From Candidatus Bathyarchaeota archaeon (GTDB lineage: Archaea; Thermoproteota; Bathyarchaeia; Bathyarchaeales; DTEX01), in NCBI GenBank assembly GCA_025059045.1, contig JANXEA010000014.1:43569-107568 (forward strand): DNA of 64,000 nt. The letters are read 5' to 3'. Below are positions 55,016-63,306 of the stretch, in pieces. The translations under genes and the position numbers were made by a program. Position 1 is the stretch's first letter, and each line of letters begins with the position of its first letter. The notes beneath the pieces were generated by a model. It ran no database searches, was not told the DNA's origin, and worked only from the letters and a program-made list of their open reading frames with translations.

Positions 55016-56665
55016 TTAGAATTCGCCGCCGCCATAGCCGCCCGATGGTGCGCCCTCTTCCCCTTTAGGCGTCTTCGGAGGCTTCATCTTCCCCGCGGCT
55101 ATGATATCATCGATCTTTAATATCATTGTTGCAGCTTCGGTTGCAGACTTTATTATCTGCTTCTTCACTGCCAGCGGTTCGTAGACTTCAAGTTTCTGCA
55201 TGTCCTTGACGTCTCCTCCAAAGACGTCGACTCCGGCCCATATCTCTCCCTTCTCATGCCTCGCTCTGAGCTCCGACGTTATGTCGATTGGATCTAAGCC
55301 TGCGTTTTCGCCGAGAGTTATTGGAATGACTTCTAGAGCGTCTGCAAAGCATTGGACGGCGAGCTGCTCTCTTCCGGGCAGGGTTTCCGCGTATTCTCTT
55401 AGGGTCTTTGCAACCTCGATTTCCGGCGCGCCGCCTCCGAGAACCACCTTCGGCTCCTGGACCACGTCTCTTACAACGCAGAGAGCGTCGTGGACGGATC
55501 TTTCAGCTTCGTCTACGATCCTCTCTGAGCCGCCTCTAATGAGTATGGCGACTGACCGCGGGTTCCTGCATCCCTCTATGAATGTCATCTTGTCATCTCC
55601 GATCTTTCGCTCCTCTACCAGGGCGGCGTATCCTAAATCCTTCTCTGTCAAGTCTTCCAGGTTGGTTACAACTTTTCCTCCAGTGGCCTTGGCGAGCTTC
55701 TCCATGTCTGACTTCTTGGCTCTCCTCACGGCGAGTATCTTCTTTCTGGCTAGGAAGTGTTGGGCCATGTCGTCTATGCCCTTCTGGCATATGACCACGT
55801 TCGCCCCGGTTGCAGCGATCTTCTCAACCATGTTTCTGAGCATGTTCTCTTCTTCGCGGAGGAAGGCTTCCATCTGCTCCGGTGTCTCGATGTTGATCTT
55901 CGCGTCGAATTCTGTCTTCTCAACCTCTAGTGCGCAGTCCAGTAGCGCTATCTTGGCTTCTTCGACGCGTTTCGGCATGCCTGGATGTACAACTTCCTTG
56001 TCGAGGACAATACCCTTTATGAGTTTCGTCTCTGTAATGGATTCTCCCGGTTTCTTTTCGACCATTATGTCGTCTAAGTCGACTCTGTAGCTGTCTCCAA
56101 CTTTTTGGGCCACGTGGAGAACTGCTTCGACGGCTATGTCTGCTAACAGTTCACGGTTCTCGGAGACTAGCTTGCTCGCCATAGCTGTCATTGCGACCTT
56201 CTTGAGGTATATCTTGTCGAGCGGATCTACTTTGATGGCGATCTTTTCAAGGGTCTCCAGTGCCTTGTCAGCCGCCTTCTTGTAGCCGTCGATGATGATA
56301 GTTGGGTGAACATTCTTGTTCAGGAGGTCCTCCGCCTTCGTCAGGAGCTCCCCAGCAACGATGACGGAGCTTGTTGTTCCGTCTCCAACCTCGTCATCCT
56401 GGGTTTTGGCAACTTCAACCATCATCTTGGCTGCCGGATGCTCAACGTCGATCTCGTCTAGTATGGTTCGGCCGTCACTTGTTATGGTGACGTCTCCTAG
56501 GCTGTCCACCAGCATCTTGTCCATTCCCTTTGGTCCTAGGGAACTCTTAACGGCCTCTGCTATGATGCGGGCGGCCATTATATTGTTGTGCTGCGCTTCT
56601 TTTCCCCTGGATCTTGTTGACCCTTCCTTTAAGATCAGGACCGGAATTCCCTGAGCGGTGGACAT
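55016..56665 (-). CDS. ths: Thermosome subunit (group II chaperonin)
   Basis: 549 aa with '[11 protein letters not shown]', 'VGDGTTS' and 'GGGAPEIE', plus a C-terminal GGYGGG tail. Confidence 0.97.
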   Translation of the reverse strand: MSTAQGIPVLILKEGSTRSRGKEAQHNNIMAARIIAEAVKSSLGPKGMDKMLVDSLGDVTITSDGRTILDEIDVEHPAAKMMVEVAKTQDDEVGDGTTSSVIVAGELLTKAEDLLNKNVHPTIIIDGYKKAADKALETLEKIAIKVDPLDKIYLKKVAMTAMASKLVSENRELLADIAVEAVLHVAQKVGDSYRVDLDDIMVEKKPGESITETKLIKGIVLDKEVVHPGMPKRVEEAKIALLDCALEVEKTEFDAKINIETPEQMEAFLREEENMLRNMVEKIAATGANVVICQKGIDDMAQHFLARKKILAVRRAKKSDMEKLAKATGGKVVTNLEDLTEKDLGYAALVEERKIGDDKMTFIEGCRNPRSVAILIRGGSERIVDEAERSVHDALCVVRDVVQEPKVVLGGGAPEIEVAKTLREYAETLPGREQLAVQCFADALEVIPITLGENAGLDPIDITSELRARHEKGEIWAGVDVFGGDVKDMQKLEVYEPLAVKKQIIKSATEAATMILKIDDIIAAGKMKPPKTPKGEEGAPSGGYGGGEF

Positions 56666-56687
56666 GGATATCTCCTCCAGGTATGTT

Positions 56688-56708
56688 GATAATTAAATAT
56701 TTTTATGC
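56688..56708 (-). promoter_or_regulatory. Candidate TATA element for the thermosome gene
   Basis: The minus strand reads GCATAAAAATATTTAATTATC, centred about 33 nt upstream of the ATG. GGAGG sits 8 nt upstream of the ATG. Confidence 0.4.
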
Positions 56709-56831
56709 TATGAAGAATAGGTCGAATTTATATACTTTTCTAAACTGGTAAGCGGATTATTGGCTCCGCGGAACCGTCAAGTTTAAGTCTGGAGGTAAAG
56801 GATTTTTGTAGTGTAGGCACCGGTGAGATAA

Positions 56832-57149
56832 ATGAAGGATAGGAAGAAACGCAGTTTGTTTGACGAGTTTTTTGGCAGCTCCCTGTTTGAGGATATAGAC
56901 AAGATCTTTGAGGATATGCGAGAAGGTAAAGAAGTTGAGAGCGGCTATTCCATAAGCGTTACGCAGACTCCGCAGGGGACAAAGGTCCATGTTAGGGCTG
57001 GGAAAGGTGTGGACGTGAACACGTTGAGACGGCAGCTTGAGAGGCAGTATCCTAATGCGCAGATTGAGATAGAGGGGGGCCGGCCGCTGATTAGGGAGAT
57101 CTCGACGAAACCGATAATTGAAGAAGATAAGGATGAAGGCGGCAGGTGA
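56832..57149 (+). CDS. Small charged hypothetical protein divergent from the thermosome gene
   Basis: 105 aa. GGTGAG lies 5 nt upstream of the ATG. The composition is protein-like, unlike the overlapping minus-strand ORF at 56757..57164. No function can be assigned. Confidence 0.4.
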   Translation: MKDRKKRSLFDEFFGSSLFEDIDKIFEDMREGKEVESGYSISVTQTPQGTKVHVRAGKGVDVNTLRRQLERQYPNAQIEIEGGRPLIREISTKPIIEEDKDEGGR

Positions 57150-57684
57150 ACTTTGGCGCCGCATGCCTTTAACATCATATCTTCCTGCCTGAGCTTTTGC
57201 GCTTGTACCTAGAAAATAGAAGTAAAAATCTCTCTATTTTCGATCACCCCCTCCTAGGTGTTTATATACTCTGATTAGGATTTGACCTCTGCGGGTCTAC
57301 TGTACAAGGGTTCTGGAAAATGATCTTCAATACCTCTAAATAAGGTCTTTCTGTTCTTACATAGACGAAGACCAAAATTACTCAAACGAGCTATTATGCC
57401 GATTGCATGCCTATCAGCTCTGTTTATCAGCAACTCTACCCTTAGATGCCTTAAATCCTCCCATATATCTCATAAATGTTAAGGAAAGATCTTCTGGAAT
57501 CCTTATGCAATCATACTAAAGCCGAGGTATATCCTGAAGACTGGATTAAAGCAGATGATAACAGATCGATTATCTTTATAAGGAAAGTTACAAATAGAAG
57601 ATAATCGAAAAATAGATGTAATCAACGCGAAAATTACCCAGTAAAAGACCGAAAGCTCCAAAAAACCGCCTCGGGTTTGAAGAC

Positions 57685-57711
57685 GAAAAATCCCATAAAG
57701 GGAATTGAAAG
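57685..57711 (+). repeat. Solitary CRISPR-repeat-like 27-mer GAAAAATCCCATAAAGGGAATTGAAAG
   Basis: From memory it closely resembles the crenarchaeal repeat family GATTAATCCCAAAAGGAATTGAAAG, including the ATTGAAAG 3' end that becomes the crRNA 5' handle. Weaker copies ending in GAAAG lie at 57629..57655 and 57561..57587. This is not a regular array. Confidence 0.35.
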
Positions 57712-58034
57712 ACCGATTTGTCGAGAAGAAGCATCTTAATCAATGTAATAATCTGGAATAGTCGCCTTTAGGCGAATCTCTAAGGCTTTTATGGTATGTT
57801 TTCGTGTTTTTCGTTTTTTAGGGCTGCGGAAGTGTTGTCAGGGTGACTGTGGAGAATCGAAGATGGGGGAAGACACTAACATCTAATTATTTGAATTTTG
57901 GCGTTGTAAGGATTCTCTACGTTCGGAAAATCACCTTTATTTGGCGGGATCATCTTACCAATATGTGCCGCTACGTCAAACGTTTAGAGGGTTCAGGCCT
58001 GATGTTCCGGGGAAGATTCGCTGGAGCTTGTTGC

Positions 58035-58050
58035 AAAAGATAAATAAATG
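58035..58050 (+). promoter_or_regulatory. Candidate BRE/TATA for tRNA-Val (AAAAGATAAATAAATG)
   Basis: An A-rich BRE plus TAAATAAAT, centred about 34 nt upstream of the mature tRNA 5' end. Confidence 0.45.
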
Positions 58051-58077
58051 TGCTGGGTAACAGTAAACTAGTTCAAT

Positions 58078-58152
58078 GGGCCGGTCGTCTAGCCTGGTTA
58101 GGACGTCTGCCTGACGCGCAGAAGGTCGCCAGTTCAAGTCTGGCCCGGCCCA
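58078..58152 (+). tRNA. tRNA-Val (anticodon GAC)
   Basis: GGGCCGG-TC-GTCT-AGCCTGGTTA-GGAC-G-TCTGC-CT[GAC]GC-GCAGA-AGGTC-GCCAG-TTCAAGT-CTGGC-CCGGCCC-A. The cloverleaf is folded by hand. CCA is not encoded. Confidence 0.9.
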
Positions 58153-58156
58153 CTTA

Positions 58157-58196
58157 TTTTCTGGTTGCTCTACCTGTTTTTTTCAGCGCATTTTTT
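58157..58196 (+). terminator. Oligo-T tracts downstream of tRNA-Val
   Basis: T4 at 58157-58160, T7 at 58177-58183 and T6 at 58191-58196. Confidence 0.45.
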
Positions 58197-58251
58197 GGAT
58201 TTGAAGTTAAAGGAAGTTAGAGGTTTAACTGGCAACTAAAATACTTAAGGC

Positions 58252-60180
58252 TTGAGTGCTCAAATCTTTTATCCGAGGCAGGAATATTTGCGCAGATGCT
58301 ACCTAATTAATGGATCTAATGAGAAGAACATTGTTAGACTACTCTTCTATAACCCAGAATTAGACGGCCTCATAGAGTTTGAGAATGAGAATTACAAACC
58401 ATACTTTTTCACAGTGCCGGATGTTAGCGGCGTGATCAGTGAGTCCCTGAAAGACCTTTCAGCAAATTTAAGCGTCGGGGAGAAGATTGATCTCTTCTCT
58501 GGAAAGCCTAGAAAGTTACTTAGGGTAGAGCTCTCAGATCCCTCTCAACTTCAAGTAGTCTCCAGGCTTCTCAGGAGCGGATGGGAAAGCGAGGTTCCCT
58601 ACGTGTCAAGCTACGTGTATGATAATGGGCTGGTTTTCGGCGCAATGCACACCATTGACGGAAAGCCCACAATAACAACAGACGTAGATGAGGACATCAA
58701 ACTAAGATTTCGGGAAAAGTTTTCAAGCCTTAGGGATGCTGACCCCCTCAAGTATGAGATGCTGGAATTCTGGTTCTCACTCTGCTCCCAGCCGATACCG
58801 CAGACCTCCCCCAACAAGCTAGGTTTACGGCAAGATATAGGCTATGAAAGCCTATACCTAGCATTCATGCTATCCCGCCTGGCTAACATCCCACTGCCAT
58901 CCGCGCTTTCAAGCCGCCAGGTCAGCGTATGGATAAAATCCATTCTCCACTCATACCTGAGAAGGAAGAATACCCTGATCCCAGCTGACAACGAGCTTAG
59001 GAAGGGCGAAACTCCAAGAAGCATTCCAGGCGGCTTAACCTTGCCACCTAAACCTGGAACATACTTCAACACCTACGTCCTAGACTTCGAGAGCCTATAC
59101 CCAAGCATCATCGACTCCTACAACCTGTCATATGAGACAATAGACTGCAACCACGGTGAATGCGCGGGGAATAGGGTTCCAGGCGCCAAGCACCATGTCT
59201 GCACGAGAAGGAGAGGCGTCTACTCCATACTAATCGGGGCTCTAAGAGATCTTAGAGTCCAATGGTTCAAGCCCATCTCGAGAGACCCAAAGATTCCTGA
59301 GGAGCAGAGGAGGCTGGCCGAAGCAGCATCAAGGCTCCTGAAGCTGATACTGGTCGCAAGCTACGGCGTTACAGTCAGAATAAGAGGACTAGCATGCCCA
59401 GCCCTTGCCGAATCAATAACAGCATACGGCAGATACGCCCTTAAGGAGAGTTGGAGCATCGCTGAGGAGATGGGGCTTGAACCGCTCTACGGCGACACCG
59501 ACTCACTCTTCATCAACAACCCCGATGAGGTTAGGGTACAGCAGCTCATAGGGGTGGTGAGAGAAAGGCTCCGCCTAGGCCTGGCTTTGGACAAGATCTA
59601 CAGCGTCTGCATCCTCACAAGAGCTATGAAAGCCTATTTCGGCGTCAGGAAGGACGGACAGCCGGATATCAAGGGCTTAACAGCTATAAAAGCCAACTCG
59701 CCAAACTTCATAAAGAACGTCTTCAACAAATGCGTCAGCCATCTCGTAAATGTTGAAAACTGGGCAGATCTTGAAGCGGCGAAGCAGGGGATGAGGCAGA
59801 CGGTGACGGACGCTATAGCGGATCTGAGAGCTGGAAGAATCCCGATAAGCGACCTCAAATATAATGTCAGACTGCATCTTGAGCCTCTGGAGAGAGCGGA
59901 GAGAGAGACGATGCATCAACCATACCAGTCCGCCATCCAATTCATGATGCTTGGTAAGGGTCTGCGGCATGGAGACATTGTCTCCTTTGTAAAGGTTAAG
60001 CCATTCACCTTCGCAGGGAAGGTCTTCACGGTTAAACCCTCCCACCTAGTAACGGATCTAAGAGAAGTTGACATAGAAAGTTATGTAAGAAACCTGAAGT
60101 CAGCCCTCAGCCAAGTCTTCAGGCCGATGGGCCTCTCCTTCGAGGATGAGCAGAAGAGGACGCTCGCCGACTTCATCTAG
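58252..60180 (+). CDS. Family B DNA polymerase, short exonuclease-deficient form (PolB2-like)
   Basis: 642 aa with motif A 'DFESLYPSII', a motif B-like 'KLILVASYG', motif C 'YGDTDS' and a TTG start. Only about 68 residues separate 'YVYDNGLVFG' from 'LSRLANIPL', where canonical PolBs carry Exo I-III. At the Exo III position it reads 'YESLY' instead of YxxxD. Confidence 0.8.
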   Translation: MSAQIFYPRQEYLRRCYLINGSNEKNIVRLLFYNPELDGLIEFENENYKPYFFTVPDVSGVISESLKDLSANLSVGEKIDLFSGKPRKLLRVELSDPSQLQVVSRLLRSGWESEVPYVSSYVYDNGLVFGAMHTIDGKPTITTDVDEDIKLRFREKFSSLRDADPLKYEMLEFWFSLCSQPIPQTSPNKLGLRQDIGYESLYLAFMLSRLANIPLPSALSSRQVSVWIKSILHSYLRRKNTLIPADNELRKGETPRSIPGGLTLPPKPGTYFNTYVLDFESLYPSIIDSYNLSYETIDCNHGECAGNRVPGAKHHVCTRRRGVYSILIGALRDLRVQWFKPISRDPKIPEEQRRLAEAASRLLKLILVASYGVTVRIRGLACPALAESITAYGRYALKESWSIAEEMGLEPLYGDTDSLFINNPDEVRVQQLIGVVRERLRLGLALDKIYSVCILTRAMKAYFGVRKDGQPDIKGLTAIKANSPNFIKNVFNKCVSHLVNVENWADLEAAKQGMRQTVTDAIADLRAGRIPISDLKYNVRLHLEPLERAERETMHQPYQSAIQFMMLGKGLRHGDIVSFVKVKPFTFAGKVFTVKPSHLVTDLREVDIESYVRNLKSALSQVFRPMGLSFEDEQKRTLADFI

Positions 60181-60249
60181 ACTTAGAAAGGCTACATCTT
60201 CCTCATTCATATTCCATTCATAATCTGTTCTTACTGGTTTAACAATTCG

Positions 60250-60266
60250 AAAAAGGTTTATATTTC
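60250..60266 (+). promoter_or_regulatory. Candidate BRE/TATA for acs (GAAAAAGGTTTATATTT)
   Basis: TTTATATTT is centred about 36 nt upstream of the ATG at 60297. Confidence 0.45.
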
Positions 60267-60296
60267 CCATGACGATAACAAAAACAAACCCAAAAA

Positions 60297-62291
60297 ATGG
60301 ATCAGAGTGAAGCAGAAATGAGCAGAGAACCAATTAAGTGGATAGTGGAAGACCCGAAAAAGAAGAACGTCTTCTGGCCCTCCGAGGAGATGAAGAAAAG
60401 GGCATGGGTAAGCGACCCATCAATATATGAGGAGGCAGCGAAAGACCCTGTTGGCTTCTGGGCGAAACTCGCTAAGGATGGGATAACATGGTTCAAAGAG
60501 TGGACCGAAACCTACAGGCGGGTCCCCCCATCCTATAAATGGTTTATAGGCGGAAAACTGAACATCTGCTATAACGCCGTTGATAGGCATGTAGAAACAT
60601 GGAGGAGAAACAAGGCGGCTATAATATGGGAGCCTGAACCAACTGATGAGCGGACTAGAATCCTAACCTATTACGACCTTTACCGAGAGGTAAACAAGTT
60701 TGCCAATGTACTGAAGAAGCTGGGCGTCAAGAAGGGCGACAGGGTCGGCATATACCTGCCAATGATCCCAGAGGTTCAGATAGCAATGCTTGCCTGCGCC
60801 CGTATAGGAGCTGTTCACAGCGTCGTATTCTCAGCTTTCAGCGGAGCCTCCCTCAGAGACAGAATGATAGACGCTGGGGCCAAAGTCCTGGTAACTGCGG
60901 ACGGATACTACCGAAGAGGAAAGCCCGTCAATCTAAAGGAGAACGCTGATGCAGGTGTTGAGGGGACATCTATAGAAAAAGTCGTTGTCGTTAAGAGGCT
61001 TGGCAGCGAAGTCAAGATGGTTGAGGGCAGAGACTACTGGTGGCATGAATTGATGAAGGATGCGGAAGCGTACTGCGAGCCAGAAGTCATGGACAGCGAG
61101 GACATGCTCTTCATACTATACACAAGCGGAACGACAGGTAAGCCGAAGGGCATTGAGCATCATGTTGGAGGATACACCGTCCAGGCATACTGGACAACAA
61201 AATGGGACTTCGACCTACACGACGATGACGTCTTCTTCTGCACGGCCGACATCGGATGGATCACAGGCCACACATACAATTGTTATGGACCCCTCATGAA
61301 CGGCGCAACATTCGTACTATATGAGGGTGCACCAGATTATCCAGCCCCTGACAGATGGTGGGAAATAGTTGAGAAGTATGGGGTCACAGTCTTCTACACC
61401 GCGCCAACCGCAATCAGGATGCTGATGAGATTCGGCGATGAGTGGGTTAAGAAGCATAACCTAAGCAGCCTAAGGATCCTTGCCACGGTCGGCGAGCCGA
61501 TTAATGAGGAGGCTTGGCTATGGTACCTCAACGTCGTAGGCGGTGGCAGATGCCCAATAATTGACACGTGGTGGCAGACAGAGACAGGCGCGACGCTCAT
61601 AAACTCCCTGCCGGGAATAGGCCCATTCATACCCACCGTAGCCGGAAGGCCGTTCCCAGGAACAAGGTTTGCCGTCCTAACAGAGGAGGGAAAGCCGACG
61701 GGTATAGGTGAAGGCGGATTCCTCGTCCAGATGGATCCCTTCTCGCCAGGAATGTTCAGAACCATCTATAAGGATCCGCAGAGGTTCAAGGAGCAGTACT
61801 TCGGCCCATACGGCGAAAACTATTACTTCACAGGCGACGGCGCGTACATTTACGACTCCATGGGCAACATTAGGATAACTGGAAGAGTCGACGATGTCAT
61901 GAAAGTTGCAGGCCATAGATTATCAACGGCAGAAGTTGAGAATGCGATAGCACTTCACCCGGCGGTCGTAGAATGCGCGGTTGTCGCGGCGCCGCATGAC
62001 ATCAAGGGCGAGGTTCCAGTGGCCTTCGTCACGCTAAAGCCAGGATACAACCCGACGCCTGAGCTTGAGGCTGAACTGAAGAAGCAAGTGGACAAGGCGA
62101 TAGGCCCGACAGCCAGACCGGAAAGGGTCATAATTGTCGACGATCTACCAAAAACCAGGAGCGGAAAGATCATGCGGAGGATTCTTAAAGCCTTAACCAG
62201 CAATCAGCCAATAGGCGACATCTCAACCCTAATGAACCCAGAGTCAGTAGAGGCGCTTAAGCAGAAAGTAGGCTATAAAGGATCACCATAA
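60297..62291 (+). CDS. acs: Acetyl-CoA synthetase (AMP-forming)
   Basis: 664 aa with the AMP-binding motif '[11 protein letters not shown]', plus 'WWQTETG', 'YYFTGDGA' and '[12 protein letters not shown]'. Confidence 0.95.
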   Translation: MDQSEAEMSREPIKWIVEDPKKKNVFWPSEEMKKRAWVSDPSIYEEAAKDPVGFWAKLAKDGITWFKEWTETYRRVPPSYKWFIGGKLNICYNAVDRHVETWRRNKAAIIWEPEPTDERTRILTYYDLYREVNKFANVLKKLGVKKGDRVGIYLPMIPEVQIAMLACARIGAVHSVVFSAFSGASLRDRMIDAGAKVLVTADGYYRRGKPVNLKENADAGVEGTSIEKVVVVKRLGSEVKMVEGRDYWWHELMKDAEAYCEPEVMDSEDMLFILYTSGTTGKPKGIEHHVGGYTVQAYWTTKWDFDLHDDDVFFCTADIGWITGHTYNCYGPLMNGATFVLYEGAPDYPAPDRWWEIVEKYGVTVFYTAPTAIRMLMRFGDEWVKKHNLSSLRILATVGEPINEEAWLWYLNVVGGGRCPIIDTWWQTETGATLINSLPGIGPFIPTVAGRPFPGTRFAVLTEEGKPTGIGEGGFLVQMDPFSPGMFRTIYKDPQRFKEQYFGPYGENYYFTGDGAYIYDSMGNIRITGRVDDVMKVAGHRLSTAEVENAIALHPAVVECAVVAAPHDIKGEVPVAFVTLKPGYNPTPELEAELKKQVDKAIGPTARPERVIIVDDLPKTRSGKIMRRILKALTSNQPIGDISTLMNPESVEALKQKVGYKGSP

Positions 62292-62313
62292 ACATCCTCG
62301 ACAACCCCATTAA

Positions 62314-62322
62314 TTTTTTTTT
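62314..62322 (+). terminator. T9 tract 23 nt after the acs stop
   Basis: The sequence is TAATTTTTTTTTATG. Oligo-T is the archaeal termination signal. Confidence 0.5.
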
Positions 62323-62527
62323 ATGTAATATCATTTATTGCAAAGAGCATAGTTAGCAGTTCCTGAATAAGATTGATCAAGTATTTTGCGGCTGCCTGTC
62401 GCGGAATAAAGGTCTCCGCGGACTTTAATCGCTCAAACAATTATGGCCAAGTGTGAAGCAAGCAAAAACGACATAGCCTACACATAATCTGGGACAGCAT
62501 AGGAAAAGAGGACCCGCCAAAACTTGG

Positions 62528-62617
62528 TGGGCCCGGGGCGATTCGAACGCCCGACCAACAGGTTTCTCATCCAGGCATTATGAGCCTGCCGCTCTAACCG
62601 TGCTGAGCTACGGGCCC
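62528..62617 (-). tRNA. Intron-containing tRNA with CAU anticodon (elongator Met or Ile2); CCA encoded at 62525-62527
   Basis: Reverse complement: GGGCCCG-TA-GCTC-AGCACGGTTA-GAGC-G-GCAGG-CT[CAT]A-(15-nt insert ATGCCTGGATGAGAA)-A-CCTGT-TGGTC-GGGCG-TTCGAAT-CGCCC-CGGGCCC-A-CCA. The insert sits at the canonical 37/38 position. Its ATGAG pairs with the CTCAT of the anticodon loop. Confidence 0.8.
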
Positions 62618-62829
62618 ATAACTGTCATAGAAAATATCGGTCAGCTCCTTACTTAAGAATTTTCCTCCGCGCCTAGGCCTTTTTGGACATTTTTCACTAA
62701 CATTTGATTAAAAAACTAATATGCTTCTAAGCGTTTCCTCCCCCGACTCCTCTATTAAGATGATAATCCTTAAATAATATTACTCTCTTCGCTAATGTCA
62801 ATCCGGCGGGATGAGGGGCACATTCTAAT

Positions 62830-63306
62830 ATGAAGGCGGATAGGCGGATCGTCTTACTTGACCAATCAATCGCCAAACACAATTACAGGAAAGACTCCCT
62901 TCTGGAGATACTGCACACCGCACAGGAGATTTACGGCTACCTGGACAGGGAGATCCTTCTTCATATTGCCAATGCGCTGAAGATTCCGCCGAGCCACGTC
63001 CTCGGTGTCGCAACATTCTACAATTTCTTTAAGCTTAAGAAGCCAGGGGCGCATGTAGTGACCTTCTGCTATGGAACCGCCTGCTTCGTCAGGGGCGTCG
63101 AAGAAATAGTCGCCGCAGTCGAACGTGAATTCAATGTTAAACGCGGCGAAACAAGCCCTGACGGCAGACTCTCAGTATTCATCACGAGATGCATCGGCGC
63201 ATGCGCCATGGCCCCAAACGTTATTATCGATGATGAGCATATCGGAAAGGCGACGAAAGATCTTACGATAAATAAGATTAGGCAGCGTCTGGAGGCCTGG
63301 AAATGA
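62830..63306 (+). CDS. NuoE/HoxE-like thioredoxin-fold [2Fe-2S] subunit
   Basis: 158 aa with Cys motifs 'FCYGTACFVRG' and 'TRCIGACAMAPN'. An ATGA overlap joins it to the next gene. Confidence 0.85.
   Translation: MKADRRIVLLDQSIAKHNYRKDSLLEILHTAQEIYGYLDREILLHIANALKIPPSHVLGVATFYNFFKLKKPGAHVVTFCYGTACFVRGVEEIVAAVEREFNVKRGETSPDGRLSVFITRCIGACAMAPNVIIDDEHIGKATKDLTINKIRQRLEAWK

Noticed and set aside
55200-56090. A 296-aa plus-strand ORF, with further ORFs at 55582..55794, 55593..55790 and 56316..56654, inside the thermosome gene.
   Set aside because: These run antisense to, or out of frame with, an unmistakable thermosome coding sequence. The translations are Ser/Pro/Thr-rich and low in complexity, as expected of shadow ORFs. 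No motifs are recognisable.
56757-57164. A 135-aa minus-strand ORF overlapping the 105-aa plus-strand ORF next to the thermosome gene.
   Set aside because: Its composition is Leu/Pro/Arg-rich and random-looking, and it has no Shine-Dalgarno sequence. The plus-strand ORF has GGTGAG 5 nt before its ATG and a plausible charged-protein composition, so I kept the plus-strand call at low confidence.
57300-57480. Possible decayed tyrosine-recombinase/integrase fragment on the minus strand. Translated pieces include 'IIARLSNFGLRLCKNRKTLFRGIED'.
   Set aside because: The resemblance to the integrase 'GLR' box is only vague. The frames are broken by several stops. The region lies on the 5' side of the tRNA, whereas integrated elements normally sit at the 3' side. 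This is not enough to call a pseudogene.
57481-57720. An active CRISPR array.
   Set aside because: Only one good repeat-like unit exists. The other copies are highly diverged and irregularly spaced (gaps of about 29, 41 and more nt). No cas genes are present. I report it as an orphan or decayed repeat rather than as a CRISPR feature.
57843-58043. A 66-aa plus-strand ORF in the long non-coding region before tRNA-Val.
   Set aside because: It has a GTG start with no Shine-Dalgarno sequence and an Arg/Cys/Gly-rich odd composition. It ends within the putative tRNA promoter and has no recognisable domain, so it is probably spurious.
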